Assembly (NCBI GenBank): GCA_965220965.1
Contig: OZ244852.1
Location: 1,472,001-1,536,000, forward strand
Reading direction: 5' to 3'
DNA length: 64,000 nucleotides
DNA from: Candidatus Marinacidobacterium sp.
GTDB lineage: Bacteria > Acidobacteriota > Vicinamibacteria > Marinacidobacterales > Marinacidobacteraceae
Positions 19,601 to 30,579 of the stretch are shown here, in pieces; within the stretch, counting starts at the first letter, position 1, and the number at the start of each line of letters is the position of its first letter. The notes beneath the pieces were generated by a model. It had not been told where the DNA came from, did no database searches, and was given only the letters and a program-made list of their open reading frames with translations. The translations under genes were made by a program, and so were the position numbers.

Positions 19601-20332
19601 GGCGCGGTCCCCGACCTGGACCCGGTCGCCGCCGAGGTCGCCATCGAGACGACCGAGCGCGAGCCCGGCCGTCCCGGAGGGGCGGGGTTCGGGCGGCTCG
19701 TCCACCGGATCCTCGAGGCGGCCCGGTTCGACGAAGACGCCGAGGCGCTGGAGGCGGCCGCCGCGCTCGCGGTCCGCGAGCTGGAGCTGGCGGAGGACAT
19801 GGCCCCTCACGGAGCGCGCGCCGCGCTGGCCGCGCTCGGACATCCGATCCTCCAGGCCGCCGGCCGCGCCGAGGCGGAGGGCCGCGCCCACCGCGAACTG
19901 CCGCTGGTCCACCGCGAGGACCGCGCCGTCCCGCCAGCGGGGCCGGGCGAACCCGGGCCGGAGGGTGACGAGTCCGCCTTCGACTCGGCGCTCGATCCCC
20001 ACGACGAGCCGGCGCTCCCGCTGGAGCGCGGCGACGCCGAACTGCCCGAGACCACGCCGGGTCCGGAGCCATCCCCCGGGCCGCCCGCGGAGCCCCCCCT
20101 CGAATCCCCCCCCCTCGAACCGGTTGTCGTCGAGGGAGTCGCCGACCTCGTCTTCCAGGAGGATCCGGACGGCCCCTGGACCGTCGTGGACTTCAAGACG
20201 GACGCCTTCGACCACGAGGACCCCGAAGCGGCCCCGACGCTCGCCGCCTACCGGCGGCAGGCGGCGCTCTACGCCCGCGCGCTCGCGAAGTCGACCGGGC
20301 GGGAGGCGAACGCGGTGCTGCTGTTCGTCTGA
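16691..20332 (+). CDS. addA: AddA-like UvrD-family helicase/nuclease
   Basis: EAAAGTGKT, ITFTEKA, VDEYQDT, VGDPKQSIYRFRRAD, MTIHSAKGLEFP, LLYVGMTRA, and nuclease motif EGVADL..VDFKTD. Confidence 0.9.
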   Translation: MTPLPDAAARERIRVDHRTTLIVEAAAGTGKTTSVVSRVTEMIARGVARIGEIAAITFTEKAGGELRLRIRQELEARLSGDEGGRAPDGAVRERIEAAIASLEEAPIGTIHAFCSTLLRERPVEAGVDPDFQVLTEREGDPFYETVFQRFLESQLEKPPPGIRRLLRRRARRPKGDSPVDILREAGRRLLEARDFKAPWTTKTWDPAAVSRDLIERSHKDDDGEEIPSLRRLADIHRAVPPEPAASRTRSSKPNWLLHTLIEAATLDQEIRLREAAVARDDEWVEQALATLRVGHYGGTPPPGAPRDLKKLRDRFRARLAAFSRWSHAELAAMLREDLRPLVEQHEAAKARAGVLDFDDLLLKTRDLLRDHDQVRADLQSRFRHIVVDEYQDTDPIQTEIVLLLTSAEPAGRDWTRAVPRPGRLCLVGDPKQSIYRFRRADISHYLAVKQRLLEAGAEELRLTSNFRSVPGICQFVNSAMEPVFREAPEVQPLARQVDYLPLHATREALPGGASVRSIPMPTMTVREIEEKEPDHVAEFVDKLLASGFRIPDREKEGALRPVRPEDICLLFRRFRNRWKLVPEPFADALHDRGIPHSLNAVRTYIGSAELTFLRAALTAVEFPQDELSVYATLRGPLFSFADQDLFRFVRTHGRLRPDRAGALELDGDAPAPDRQIREALGFLFRLHRRRNHRPLAVTLEELLGAHRAEIGFAFWRSPDQVLTNLRRLVEEARTFEAGRGPFGRGLSLRGFVERLATQAESDDASAGQTMDEDVSGVRLMTIHSAKGLEFPVVVLCDAAAGRTGQAGRTVSRERDLHACDLGAGLRPWDLIEAEPAEKAEEIAELDRLLYVGMTRARDLLACPVVEVRYDRKPRFLQAPMGELERRAAAEKAAAQRSDDEASPDRPSSGVIGWRRRGAVRWNILAEKGNEAAAELGKVAEAEFLEARENALREGGVPERRIAPAKRLATEGAVPDLDPVAAEVAIETTEREPGRPGGAGFGRLVHRILEAARFDEDAEALEAAAALAVRELELAEDMAPHGARAALAALGHPILQAAGRAEAEGRAHRELPLVHREDRAVPPAGPGEPGPEGDESAFDSALDPHDEPALPLERGDAELPETTPGPEPSPGPPAEPPLESPPLEPVVVEGVADLVFQEDPDGPWTVVDFKTDAFDHEDPEAAPTLAAYRRQAALYARALAKSTGREANAVLLFV

Positions 20333-20427
20333 ACGGCGACGCCGCCGGGCGCCGCCCGGCGCAGGCGCCCGGGGAGCGCCCGGATCACCCGCGCGGGCGA
20401 CCCGGGCTCATCCCCCCGGCCGAAGCG

Positions 20428-22632
<2,205 letters not shown>

Positions 22633-22832
22633 CGGGGCTTTCTCCGGGTGCTTTCTCTGGTTCGGTTGGCTCGACTGGACGCCGCAAGAGAACGGCGCCC
22701 GCGCCCGCCGATCCGCGGACCGATGCCGCCCATGGGGGCGCGGCGCCTGCGGAAACGGGCAGCCCCGCAGTCTACCAATGGGTCGGGCAACGAGGTGGCA
22801 ACGGACCGGATCCCGGAACCGCCGATCCGGGA

Positions 22833-22867
22833 CCCCTCCCGGGACCCGAAAGGGTCCGGCCCGGGGG
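22833..22867 (-). terminator. GC-rich hairpin just downstream of the 22876-23286 ORF
   Basis: cccctcccgggacccgaaagggtccggcccggggg contains a ggaccc/gggtcc stem with outer pairing; no U-tract. Confidence 0.4.
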
Positions 22868-22875
22868 CGGAAGAC

Positions 22876-23286
22876 TCAGCTCCCGCAGTAACCCCAGCCG
22901 CCCCGGCCGTAGCGGGAGTCGTGCCGCTCCCAGGAACGCGAGCTCCAGCGCCCCGGGCCGTACTCGTAGCAGTCGTCGTAGTCGTCGTCCCGGTCCCAGC
23001 CCCGGAAGAGCGCCATGACGCCAGCGGTGACGACCGCGCTCAGCGCCGCCGAGACGAGGACGGTCTTCCACGAGATGCCCTGGTCCACCGGTTCGGCGTC
23101 CGGCTGAACCCCGGCTTCCGCAGCGAACACCTCGGCGGAGACCGAGGTTCCCGCCGCCGCCGCGCTGTCGAGCAGCCCCGCGGCGCCGGGCGGATTGGCC
23201 GCGAGGGCCGCCGATCCCGCGATCACGACGACGAGCGCCGCCACCAGCCAGGTCTTCGCATCCAGAAAGTTCGGCGAAACGTTCAT
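22876..23286 (-). CDS. Hypothetical membrane protein with a D/Y/W/G/R-rich C-terminal tail
   Basis: Two hydrophobic segments (WLVAALVVVIAGSAALA and TVLVSAALSAVVTAGVMALF); GC3-rich codon use. Confidence 0.6.
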   Translation of the reverse strand: MNVSPNFLDAKTWLVAALVVVIAGSAALAANPPGAAGLLDSAAAAGTSVSAEVFAAEAGVQPDAEPVDQGISWKTVLVSAALSAVVTAGVMALFRGWDRDDDYDDCYEYGPGRWSSRSWERHDSRYGRGGWGYCGS

Positions 23287-23371
23287 CGAAAAGTTCTCCC
23301 GGGGCCGCAACCGTGGCGGCCGCATCGCCGTCCGGCTACGCAAGCGGTGTGCCGTGGCGGGCCGATGAAAC

Positions 23372-24163
23372 TCACCCCTGCGCGTCGCCAAACGGATCGA
23401 AACGTCCATCCGCCGCGGTCCAGCCGCCGTCCACGAAGAGGACGGATCCGGTGATGTAGCCCGCCGCCGGCGAGAGCAGGAACACCGCCGGCGCGGCGAT
23501 CTCCTCGGCGGTCGCCCAGCGCCCCACCAGCGTCTTGTCGGTGTAGGCCTGCTTCCAGGCGGGCCGCGATTCGATGGGTCGGGTCAGCGGCGTCTCGACC
23601 ACCCCCGGCGCGAGCGCGTTGACGCGCACTCCCGCGGCCGCCCACTCGGCCGCGGCGGTCCGGGCGAGCTGGACGATCCCCGCCTTGGTCGCGGCGTAGA
23701 CCCCCTGCCCCGGCTCGATGACCTGCGAGCGGATCGAGGACAGGAGCACGATGGAGCCGCCCCCGGATCTGGCGAGCGCGGGCGCGCCGTGGCGGAGCGC
23801 GAGGAACGCCCCCCGGAGGTTCACGCGGACGACGCGGTCGAACTCCTCCTCGCTCGTCGAGGCGATGGGCTTTCTGACGTTGATCCCGGGCGTCGCCACC
23901 AGCCCGCGAAGCTGGCGGCCCTCCTCCTCGAGCCCGGCGAAGAGCGCCGCGACCGCCTCGCCGTCCCCCAGATCGACCTCCCGCGCCGCCGCGCCGTACC
24001 CGACCTCGCGGGCGACGCGCTCCGCCGCCTCCCGGTCCCGGTCCGCCACCACCATCCGGGCCCCGCAGCGGGCGGCCAGCCGCGCGGTCGCCGCGCCGAT
24101 CCCGGAGGCCCCGCCGATGACGAGCAGATCCCGCCCGCCGAGCCCGAAAGGAGCATCCATCAC
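23372..24163 (-). CDS. Short-chain dehydrogenase/reductase
   Basis: GGASGIG, YAATK, RVNALAPG and ITGSVLFVDGG. Confidence 0.92.
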   Translation of the reverse strand: MMDAPFGLGGRDLLVIGGASGIGAATARLAARCGARMVVADRDREAAERVAREVGYGAAAREVDLGDGEAVAALFAGLEEEGRQLRGLVATPGINVRKPIASTSEEEFDRVVRVNLRGAFLALRHGAPALARSGGGSIVLLSSIRSQVIEPGQGVYAATKAGIVQLARTAAAEWAAAGVRVNALAPGVVETPLTRPIESRPAWKQAYTDKTLVGRWATAEEIAAPAVFLLSPAAGYITGSVLFVDGGWTAADGRFDPFGDAQG

Positions 24164-24193
24164 GGGAATGGTTCCACGCCTTGGCGGAGGCGC

Positions 24194-25561
24194 CTACTCC
24201 CCCCGCGACCCGAACCGCGCCGCGAGCGTCACGACGACCGCCGAGGCGCCGATCCCGAGGAGCGGCGGCGGAAGCGGCGCGGTCTCGGGGACGAGGAGGA
24301 ACACCGCGACCCCGGCCCCGGCGCCGGCCAGCACCGCCCCGCCCCCGACGCGGAACCGGTGGAGGCCGGCCACGATGGGCACGAACAGCGAGACGCCGAG
24401 CACCGTGTAGAACACGGTCAGCGACCCGATGACGCTCCGCGCCAGCACCGCGATCGCGACCCCGGCGAGGCCCCCGACCACCGCGGCCCAGCGCGCCGCT
24501 CGCAGCACCTCCCGGTCGTCGGCGCCGGGGCGGAGCACCCGCTGGTAGAGATCGCGCGAGAACGCGGTCGAGAGCATGAACAGCACGGCGTCCGCGCTCG
24601 ACACCTCGGCGGAGAAGAGCGCCGCCACCCCGAGACACCCGAGCCACAGCGGCAGGGTCTCGACCAGGATCGCGGGGAGCGCGGCGTCGGGGTTTGCGAG
24701 GCCGGGATGGATCACCGCGGCCGCGACCCCGAGGACCGGAGGAACGAACGCGAAGAGCAACAGCGCGCCACCGGCGGCGAGCAGCCCACGCCGGACGACC
24801 GCCTCGCTCCGCCCGCCGAAGAGCTTCTGGAGGATCCCGGGGGAGACGAGGAAGGCCGGGATCAGCAGCGCCAGGTAGCCGAACGCGAGGCCGGCGTTCG
24901 AGAGGACGTCGAGCGCCCCCTCGCCGAGCGCGCCGCGCATCGACGCCGCGCCTCCGGCTTCCCGCCAGGCGAACGGAACCGCGAGCCCCAGCCCGATGAC
25001 CAGCACGACGAGCTGGACGAGGTTCACCGCCGCCGCCGAAGCCAGCCCACCCGACGCGAAGTAGGCGGTCATCACGACCGCCGAGAGCAGCACCGCGAGC
25101 GGGAGCGCGACGCCCGCCGCCTGCTCGATGAGCACCCCGGCGGCGAGAAGCTGCGCCGCCAGCACGAAGAGCGTCGCGACCAGCAGCAGCGCGGTGAGCG
25201 CGATCCGGGTGGCGGCGCCGTAGCGGAGCTCGAGGAAGTCCCCGACCGTCCGCAACCGTTGCTCGCTCGCGACCCGCCACATCCGGGGACCCAGCCACAC
25301 CGCGAGCAGGAGCGTCCCGACCCCGGCGGCGCCCACCCACCACCACGCCGCCAGCCCGTGCTGGTAGCCGAGCGCCGCCGCGCCCACCGTGGAACCCGCG
25401 CCGATGTTCGCGGCGAGCACGGTGGCGAACACCAGCCGCGCCGGGAGCCGCCGCCCGGCGACGAAGAACCCCTCGGCGGAGCGCGCCCGCCGCGAAGCCC
25501 ACCAGCCGACGCCGACGAGGACCGTCGACCAGGCCAGCAGGACGGCGAGGTGCGGGGTCAC
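24194..25561 (-). CDS. Sodium:solute symporter family protein
   Basis: FFVAGRRL, TVGDFLELRYG and FSAEVSSAD; about 13 TM helices. Confidence 0.88.
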   Translation of the reverse strand: MTPHLAVLLAWSTVLVGVGWWASRRARSAEGFFVAGRRLPARLVFATVLAANIGAGSTVGAAALGYQHGLAAWWWVGAAGVGTLLLAVWLGPRMWRVASEQRLRTVGDFLELRYGAATRIALTALLLVATLFVLAAQLLAAGVLIEQAAGVALPLAVLLSAVVMTAYFASGGLASAAAVNLVQLVVLVIGLGLAVPFAWREAGGAASMRGALGEGALDVLSNAGLAFGYLALLIPAFLVSPGILQKLFGGRSEAVVRRGLLAAGGALLLFAFVPPVLGVAAAVIHPGLANPDAALPAILVETLPLWLGCLGVAALFSAEVSSADAVLFMLSTAFSRDLYQRVLRPGADDREVLRAARWAAVVGGLAGVAIAVLARSVIGSLTVFYTVLGVSLFVPIVAGLHRFRVGGGAVLAGAGAGVAVFLLVPETAPLPPPLLGIGASAVVVTLAARFGSRGE

Positions 25562-26586
25562 CGGGGCAGGTCGCGCGCCGCCGGAAGGCCGGGCAGCGAC
25601 TCGGCGGAGCGGACCGCATCCAGCACCGCCCGGGCGACGACCTCGGCGGCGAGCGCCCCGACCCGGCCGGCCGAAGCCGCGGGTCCGTCCCCGGTGGAGA
25701 GCGCGAAGAGCGTGTCCCCGTCCGACGGCGTGTGGATGGGGTAGATGGTCCGGGCGAGCCCGTCGTGCGCCATCCGCGCCACCCGGGTCGCCTCGGCCTG
25801 GGTGAGCGGCGCGTTGACCGCCACCACGCCGATCGTGGTGTTCCCGCGCGGCCCCGGCGCCGGCTCGCCGGCCGCGCCCTCGACCAGCAGCCGTCGCGCA
25901 TCGGCGAGCGTTCCGTCTTCGGCCCGGACGCCGGCCACGACCTCCCCGTTCGCCGGGTCGACCACATCCCCCACCGAGTTCACCGCGATGAGCGCGGCCA
26001 CGACGAGCCCGTCATCGAAGCGGAGCGAGGCCGACCCCAGGCCACCCTTCATCGCCCGCGCCATCCCCCGGCTCTTGCCCACCGTGGCCCCGGCGCCCGC
26101 CCCGACGTTCCCGCGCCGGACCGGCGCTCCGCTCGCCGCCTCGGCGGCCGCCGCGCCGCACGCCGGACCGGGGCGCTCCGCTCCCTCGCCGGCGACGCCC
26201 AGGTCGAACAGGATGGCCGCCGGGACGATGGGCACCCGGAACGGACCCACCGGAAAGCCCACGCCGCGCTCTTCGAGCCAGTCCATGACCCCGTCGGCGA
26301 CGGCCAACCCGAACGCGCTCCCCCCGGAGAGCGAGACGGCGTGGACCCGCTCGACCGAGTTCACCGGGTCGAGAAGGTCCGTCTCGCGGGTCCCGGGCGC
26401 GCCGCCGCGCACGTCCACGCCCCCGATCGCCCCGGCGCGGGTCAGCACGACCGTGCATCCGGTCCGCCCTCCGGGAAGCTCGTGGTGGCCGACTTCGACG
26501 GCGGCGACCGCGGTGAGTCCGGGGTCGGGCCCCGAAGGAGACTGTCCGGCGCCGAGAGCCAGCAGGATCGCCGCCGCGAACGCCAT
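25558..26586 (-). CDS. P1/S58-family (DmpA/NylC-like) Ntn hydrolase with putative signal peptide
   Basis: TGCTV, DVRGGAPGTRETDLL, LSGGSAFGL, GAGAGATVGK, GNTT and DGDTLF. Confidence 0.9.
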   Translation of the reverse strand: MAFAAAILLALGAGQSPSGPDPGLTAVAAVEVGHHELPGGRTGCTVVLTRAGAIGGVDVRGGAPGTRETDLLDPVNSVERVHAVSLSGGSAFGLAVADGVMDWLEERGVGFPVGPFRVPIVPAAILFDLGVAGEGAERPGPACGAAAAEAASGAPVRRGNVGAGAGATVGKSRGMARAMKGGLGSASLRFDDGLVVAALIAVNSVGDVVDPANGEVVAGVRAEDGTLADARRLLVEGAAGEPAPGPRGNTTIGVVAVNAPLTQAEATRVARMAHDGLARTIYPIHTPSDGDTLFALSTGDGPAASAGRVGALAAEVVARAVLDAVRSAESLPGLPAARDLPR

Positions 26587-26669
26587 GGGCGGATTCTAGG
26601 AGTGACCGGGGGCTGGCCCTGACTCGCGCTCGGGAAGAGTCTGGCGGCGCCGCCGCTATCCTCGCCCGG

Positions 26670-27992
26670 ATGTCGGCGCTCCTTCCGGTCCCCGCCGACC
26701 TCGAGCCCCGCATCCTGCGCCAGGTGGAAGCCGACGCCGACGAGCTCGTGGCGTTCACCAGCGAGCTCATCCGGATCCCCACCGAGAACCCGCCCGGGCG
26801 GCACTACCCGGAGTGCGCCCGGCTGATCGGCGACCGCCTCGTCGATGCCGGTTGCGAGGTCGAGTACCTCGACCCGCCGGCGAACTTCGCGGACGAGTTG
26901 CCGGAGGGGCTCGCGAGCGAGGTCCGTAGAGCGCCGCCGAAGACCCCGAGGCGGAATGTCCTCGGCCGGGTGGGGACCGGACCCCGGCGGCTTCATCTGA
27001 ACGGCCACTTCGATGTCGTTCCCGCCGGATCGGGCTGGACCCGGGACCCCTACTCCGGCGCGGTGGAGAACGGATCCGTCCACGGGCGCGGGTCGTCGGA
27101 CATGAAGGGGGGCCTCGCCGCCGCGATTTACGCGGCGATCGCGCTCCGGCGGGCGGGCGTCGAACTGAACGGCGCGCTCGAGATCTCCGGCACCGTGGAC
27201 GAGGAGTCGGGCGGGCACGCCGGAGTCGCCTGGCTCGCCGCCGCCGGCCACATCGCGAAGGACACCGACGCCGTCATCATCCCGGAACCCTTCGGCTCCC
27301 ACCGGGTCTCGATCGGCCACCGGGGCGTCTACTGGTTCCGGGTCACCTCGCGCGGGGAAGTGGCGCACGGGAGCATGCCCTTCCTCGGCAGGAACGCCGT
27401 GCTTCCGCTCGGGCCGCTGCTGGAGGACATTCGCACCCGCTGGAAGGCGACCCTCGGCGCCCGCCGCACCGCGCTCCCGGTCATTCCCGAGGGCGCCCGC
27501 TTCGCGACGATCAACGTGAACAGCATCCGCGGGGGACAGTCCGGCGGCGGCCTCGAGTCCCCGCAGGTCCCGGACCGCGCCGAGCTGGTGGTGGACCGCC
27601 GTTTCCTCCCGGAGGAGGGCCTCGAGAAGGTCCGGTCCGAGACCGCGGCGTGGGTGGCGGAGTGCGCCGCCCGGACTCCGGACGCCGACTACCGGCTCGA
27701 GGAGCTCCTCGTCGTGGAGCCCACCCAGGCGCCGGCGGATTCGCTCGCGGTGGCGGCGGTGAAGTTCGGCGCGCGCCGCGCCCTCGGGACCGAGGTCGAG
27801 GAGGTGGCGAGTCCGGGCACCTACGACCAGAAGCACGTCGCCCGGATCGCCGGGGTCGCCGACTGCGTCGCCTACGGCCCCGGCATCCTCGAACTCGCCC
27901 ACCGGCCCGACGAGTTCTGCCCGGTCGACGAGCTGGTCGGCAGCGCGAAGGTCCTCGCGCTCGCCGCCGCCGCCATCCTCGGCGTTTCCTGA
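26670..27992 (+). CDS. ArgE/DapE-family M20 deacylase
   Basis: IPTENPPG, NGHFDVVP, GRGSSDMKGG, DEESGG, AHGSMP and AHRPDE. Confidence 0.9.
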   Translation: MSALLPVPADLEPRILRQVEADADELVAFTSELIRIPTENPPGRHYPECARLIGDRLVDAGCEVEYLDPPANFADELPEGLASEVRRAPPKTPRRNVLGRVGTGPRRLHLNGHFDVVPAGSGWTRDPYSGAVENGSVHGRGSSDMKGGLAAAIYAAIALRRAGVELNGALEISGTVDEESGGHAGVAWLAAAGHIAKDTDAVIIPEPFGSHRVSIGHRGVYWFRVTSRGEVAHGSMPFLGRNAVLPLGPLLEDIRTRWKATLGARRTALPVIPEGARFATINVNSIRGGQSGGGLESPQVPDRAELVVDRRFLPEEGLEKVRSETAAWVAECAARTPDADYRLEELLVVEPTQAPADSLAVAAVKFGARRALGTEVEEVASPGTYDQKHVARIAGVADCVAYGPGILELAHRPDEFCPVDELVGSAKVLALAAAAILGVS

Positions 27993-28022
27993 GCGGGTGC
28001 AGGCCCCGCCGTCGTCCTGACG

Positions 28023-29189
28023 ATGGAAGGCAGCACCTCGCTCGTCATCATCGGGATCGCGGCGTTCGCGCTGCCCGCGGTCGCGGGCTGGATCCGGGTC
28101 CCGGCGGTGGTGCTCGAGATCCTCTTCGGCGTGCTGGTGGGCCCGGTGCTGGGCCTGATCGACGGGAGCGAACTGCTCGACAACATCGGCGAGCTTGGCC
28201 TTCTCATGCTCATGTTCCTCGCCGGGTTCGAGATCGACTTCGCCGCGCTCCGGCGCGGCGGCGCGCTGCCCATCGTCCAGGCGCTCACCGTGTTCGCGGG
28301 GACGCTGGCGCTCTCGTTCCTCGCCGCCGCCTGGCTCGAGCTGCCGATCTTCTACGGGCCGGTCCTCGCGACCACTTCCGCGGCGCTGGTGCTGCCGAGT
28401 CTCCGCGCCACCGGCCTCACGAACCGGAGCCTCGGACAGGCGATCCTGGTGGCGGCGGTGATCGCCGACCTCGTCACGCTGCTGGTCGTCGCCGAGATCA
28501 CGATCTGGGCTCGGGACGGGTTCGGGATCGAGCTGATCAACGGCCCGCTGCTGCTGGTCGCGGTGGTCCTCGTCCTCCGGGTGCTCAAGCTGGCGCTCTG
28601 GTGGCGCCCGCACGGGGTCGCGCGGCTGTTCCGCAAGGACGACCCCGACGAGATGGGGATCCGCGGCGCGCTCGCGCTGCTGCTCATCTTCGTGGGGCTC
28701 TCCACCGCGCTCGATGTCGAGGGCATCCTCGCCGCGTTCCTCGCCGGAGGCGTCTTCGCCCTGCTGTTCCGGCCGCCGGAGAGCCTCCGCCACCAGCTCT
28801 CCGGGCTCTCGTGGGGATTCCTGATCCCCATCTTCTTCATCAACGTGGGCCTGCGCTTCGACGTGGCGGCGCTGGGCAACGCCGAAGCCCTGTCGCTCGC
28901 CGGGGTCCTCATCGCGGTCGCGTTCCTCGTGAAGTTCCTCCCGGCGATGCTCTACATGCTGTGGGGGTTCTCACTGCGGGCGGCGGCCGCCGCCGGGTTC
29001 CTGCTGTCGGCGCGGCTCAGCCTGGTGGTGGCGGTCGCCACCGTCGGGCTCGAGCTCGGGCTGCTGGATGAGCAGGACCGCGCGATCGCGGTGATGATCG
29101 CCGCGGTCACCTCGGTGGTCTGTCCCATCCTCTTCCGCCGGCTGGTCTCCGGCGGCGAGGCGGAGAGCCCGTCAACGACGGCGGGCTGA
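28023..29189 (+). CDS. Cation:proton antiporter (CPA2)
   Basis: LMFLAGFEID, TTS, IAD and FLIPIFFINVG; about 12 TM helices. Confidence 0.88.
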   Translation: MEGSTSLVIIGIAAFALPAVAGWIRVPAVVLEILFGVLVGPVLGLIDGSELLDNIGELGLLMLMFLAGFEIDFAALRRGGALPIVQALTVFAGTLALSFLAAAWLELPIFYGPVLATTSAALVLPSLRATGLTNRSLGQAILVAAVIADLVTLLVVAEITIWARDGFGIELINGPLLLVAVVLVLRVLKLALWWRPHGVARLFRKDDPDEMGIRGALALLLIFVGLSTALDVEGILAAFLAGGVFALLFRPPESLRHQLSGLSWGFLIPIFFINVGLRFDVAALGNAEALSLAGVLIAVAFLVKFLPAMLYMLWGFSLRAAAAAGFLLSARLSLVVAVATVGLELGLLDEQDRAIAVMIAAVTSVVCPILFRRLVSGGEAESPSTTAG

Positions 29190-29280
29190 ACTCCTTCGCC
29201 GGGCGGACGGCGGCGGCGGCGACACCCCGCGCTCCATTAGACTCGGGCGGGACTATCCGGACCCCGAAGGAAGCGCTTCC

Positions 29281-30534
29281 ATGACCCCGACCCTGCCCCC
29301 GACGACCCGGCGGAGTTTTCTCCGTTCCGCCGCCGCCCTGCCCGTCTTCGCCCCGCTGGCCCGCGCCGCCGCGGCCGACGACGAGTCGTTCTTCCGCCTC
29401 GTCCGGCGGGAGTTCCCGTTCACCGAGGAGAAGGTTCCGATGAACGCGGCGAATCTCTGCCCGTCGCCGCGCTCGGTGGCGGACACCGTGACCGAACTGA
29501 CCCGCGACATGGACCGCGACTGCTCGTTCCAGAACCGGGGCAAGTTCAGCGGACTCCGGGAAGCCGCCCGCGAGGCGGTGGCCGCCCAGCTCGGCGTCAC
29601 CGCGGACGAGGTCGCGCTCGTCCGGAACACCAGCGAGGCCAACAACATCGTGAACGGCGGGGTGTCTCTCGGCCCGGGCGACGAGGTCATCCTCTGGGAC
29701 CAGAACCACCCCACGAACAACGTGGCGTGGGAGGTGCGCGCCGCCCGCTACGGGTTCACGGTGAAGCGGGTCGCCACGCCGAAGCATCCGGAAAACGAGA
29801 ACGCCCTCGCGGCGCCGTTCCTCGAGGCGGTGACCCCGGCGACGAAGGTCATGGCGATCACCCACGTCTCGAACGTCTCCGGGATCCGCCTGCCGGTCCG
29901 GAAGATCGCCGACGGCATCGCCGGCCGCGACATCCATCTGCACCTCGACGGCGCGCAGAGCCTCGGCGCGCTGGTCATCGACCTCCCGGCGCTCGGCGCG
30001 GACACCTACGCCTCGAGCTCGCACAAGTGGTACTGCGGGCCCAAGGAGGCGGGCGTCCTCGCCGTCCGGAGCGACTCGATCCCCGCCATCTGGCCCGCCG
30101 AAGTCGCCCCCGGCTGGGGAAGCGACGCCGATCCCGACCCGGTCGGCGCCCGGAAGTTCGAGTCGATGGGCCAGCGCGACGATCCCTGCCTCGCCGCGAT
30201 GGAGACGACCGCCGCCTTCCACGCCGAAATCGGGACGAAGCGGGTCGAGGAGCGCGTCCTCGCGCTCGCCCGGCGCCTCAAGGAGGAGATCCGAGACCTC
30301 GGCCTCCCGCTGGTCACCCCGGTGGCCGACGAGATGTCGGGCGGCGTCGTCATCCTCGAAACGCTGCCCGACAAGCAGGGCGAGCTGTTCGCCCGGATGT
30401 ACGACGAGTACGGGATCGCCGGCTCGACGGCTGGCGGGTTCCGCCTCTCACCGCACGTCTACAACACCGAAGAGCACATCGAGCGCGCGCTCGCTGGGCT
30501 CAAGGAGATGTGCGACCTGATCGTCGAGCGGTAG
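29281..30534 (+). CDS. Class V PLP enzyme (isopenicillin-N epimerase/cysteine desulfurase-like) with Tat signal
   Basis: TRRSFL twin-arginine signal, RNTSEA, DGAQ, SSHKW and RLSPHVYN. Confidence 0.85.
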   Translation: MTPTLPPTTRRSFLRSAAALPVFAPLARAAAADDESFFRLVRREFPFTEEKVPMNAANLCPSPRSVADTVTELTRDMDRDCSFQNRGKFSGLREAAREAVAAQLGVTADEVALVRNTSEANNIVNGGVSLGPGDEVILWDQNHPTNNVAWEVRAARYGFTVKRVATPKHPENENALAAPFLEAVTPATKVMAITHVSNVSGIRLPVRKIADGIAGRDIHLHLDGAQSLGALVIDLPALGADTYASSSHKWYCGPKEAGVLAVRSDSIPAIWPAEVAPGWGSDADPDPVGARKFESMGQRDDPCLAAMETTAAFHAEIGTKRVEERVLALARRLKEEIRDLGLPLVTPVADEMSGGVVILETLPDKQGELFARMYDEYGIAGSTAGGFRLSPHVYNTEEHIERALAGLKEMCDLIVER

Positions 30535-30579
30535 GCGAACAGGGCGCGGGCGAACCGCGGAACGGCGGCCGGCGCCGGG

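Noticed and set aside
20333-20427. Two GC hairpins between convergent addA and katG as a REP/MITE element
   Set aside because: No second copy was seen in the window; they are adequately explained as terminator-like structures.
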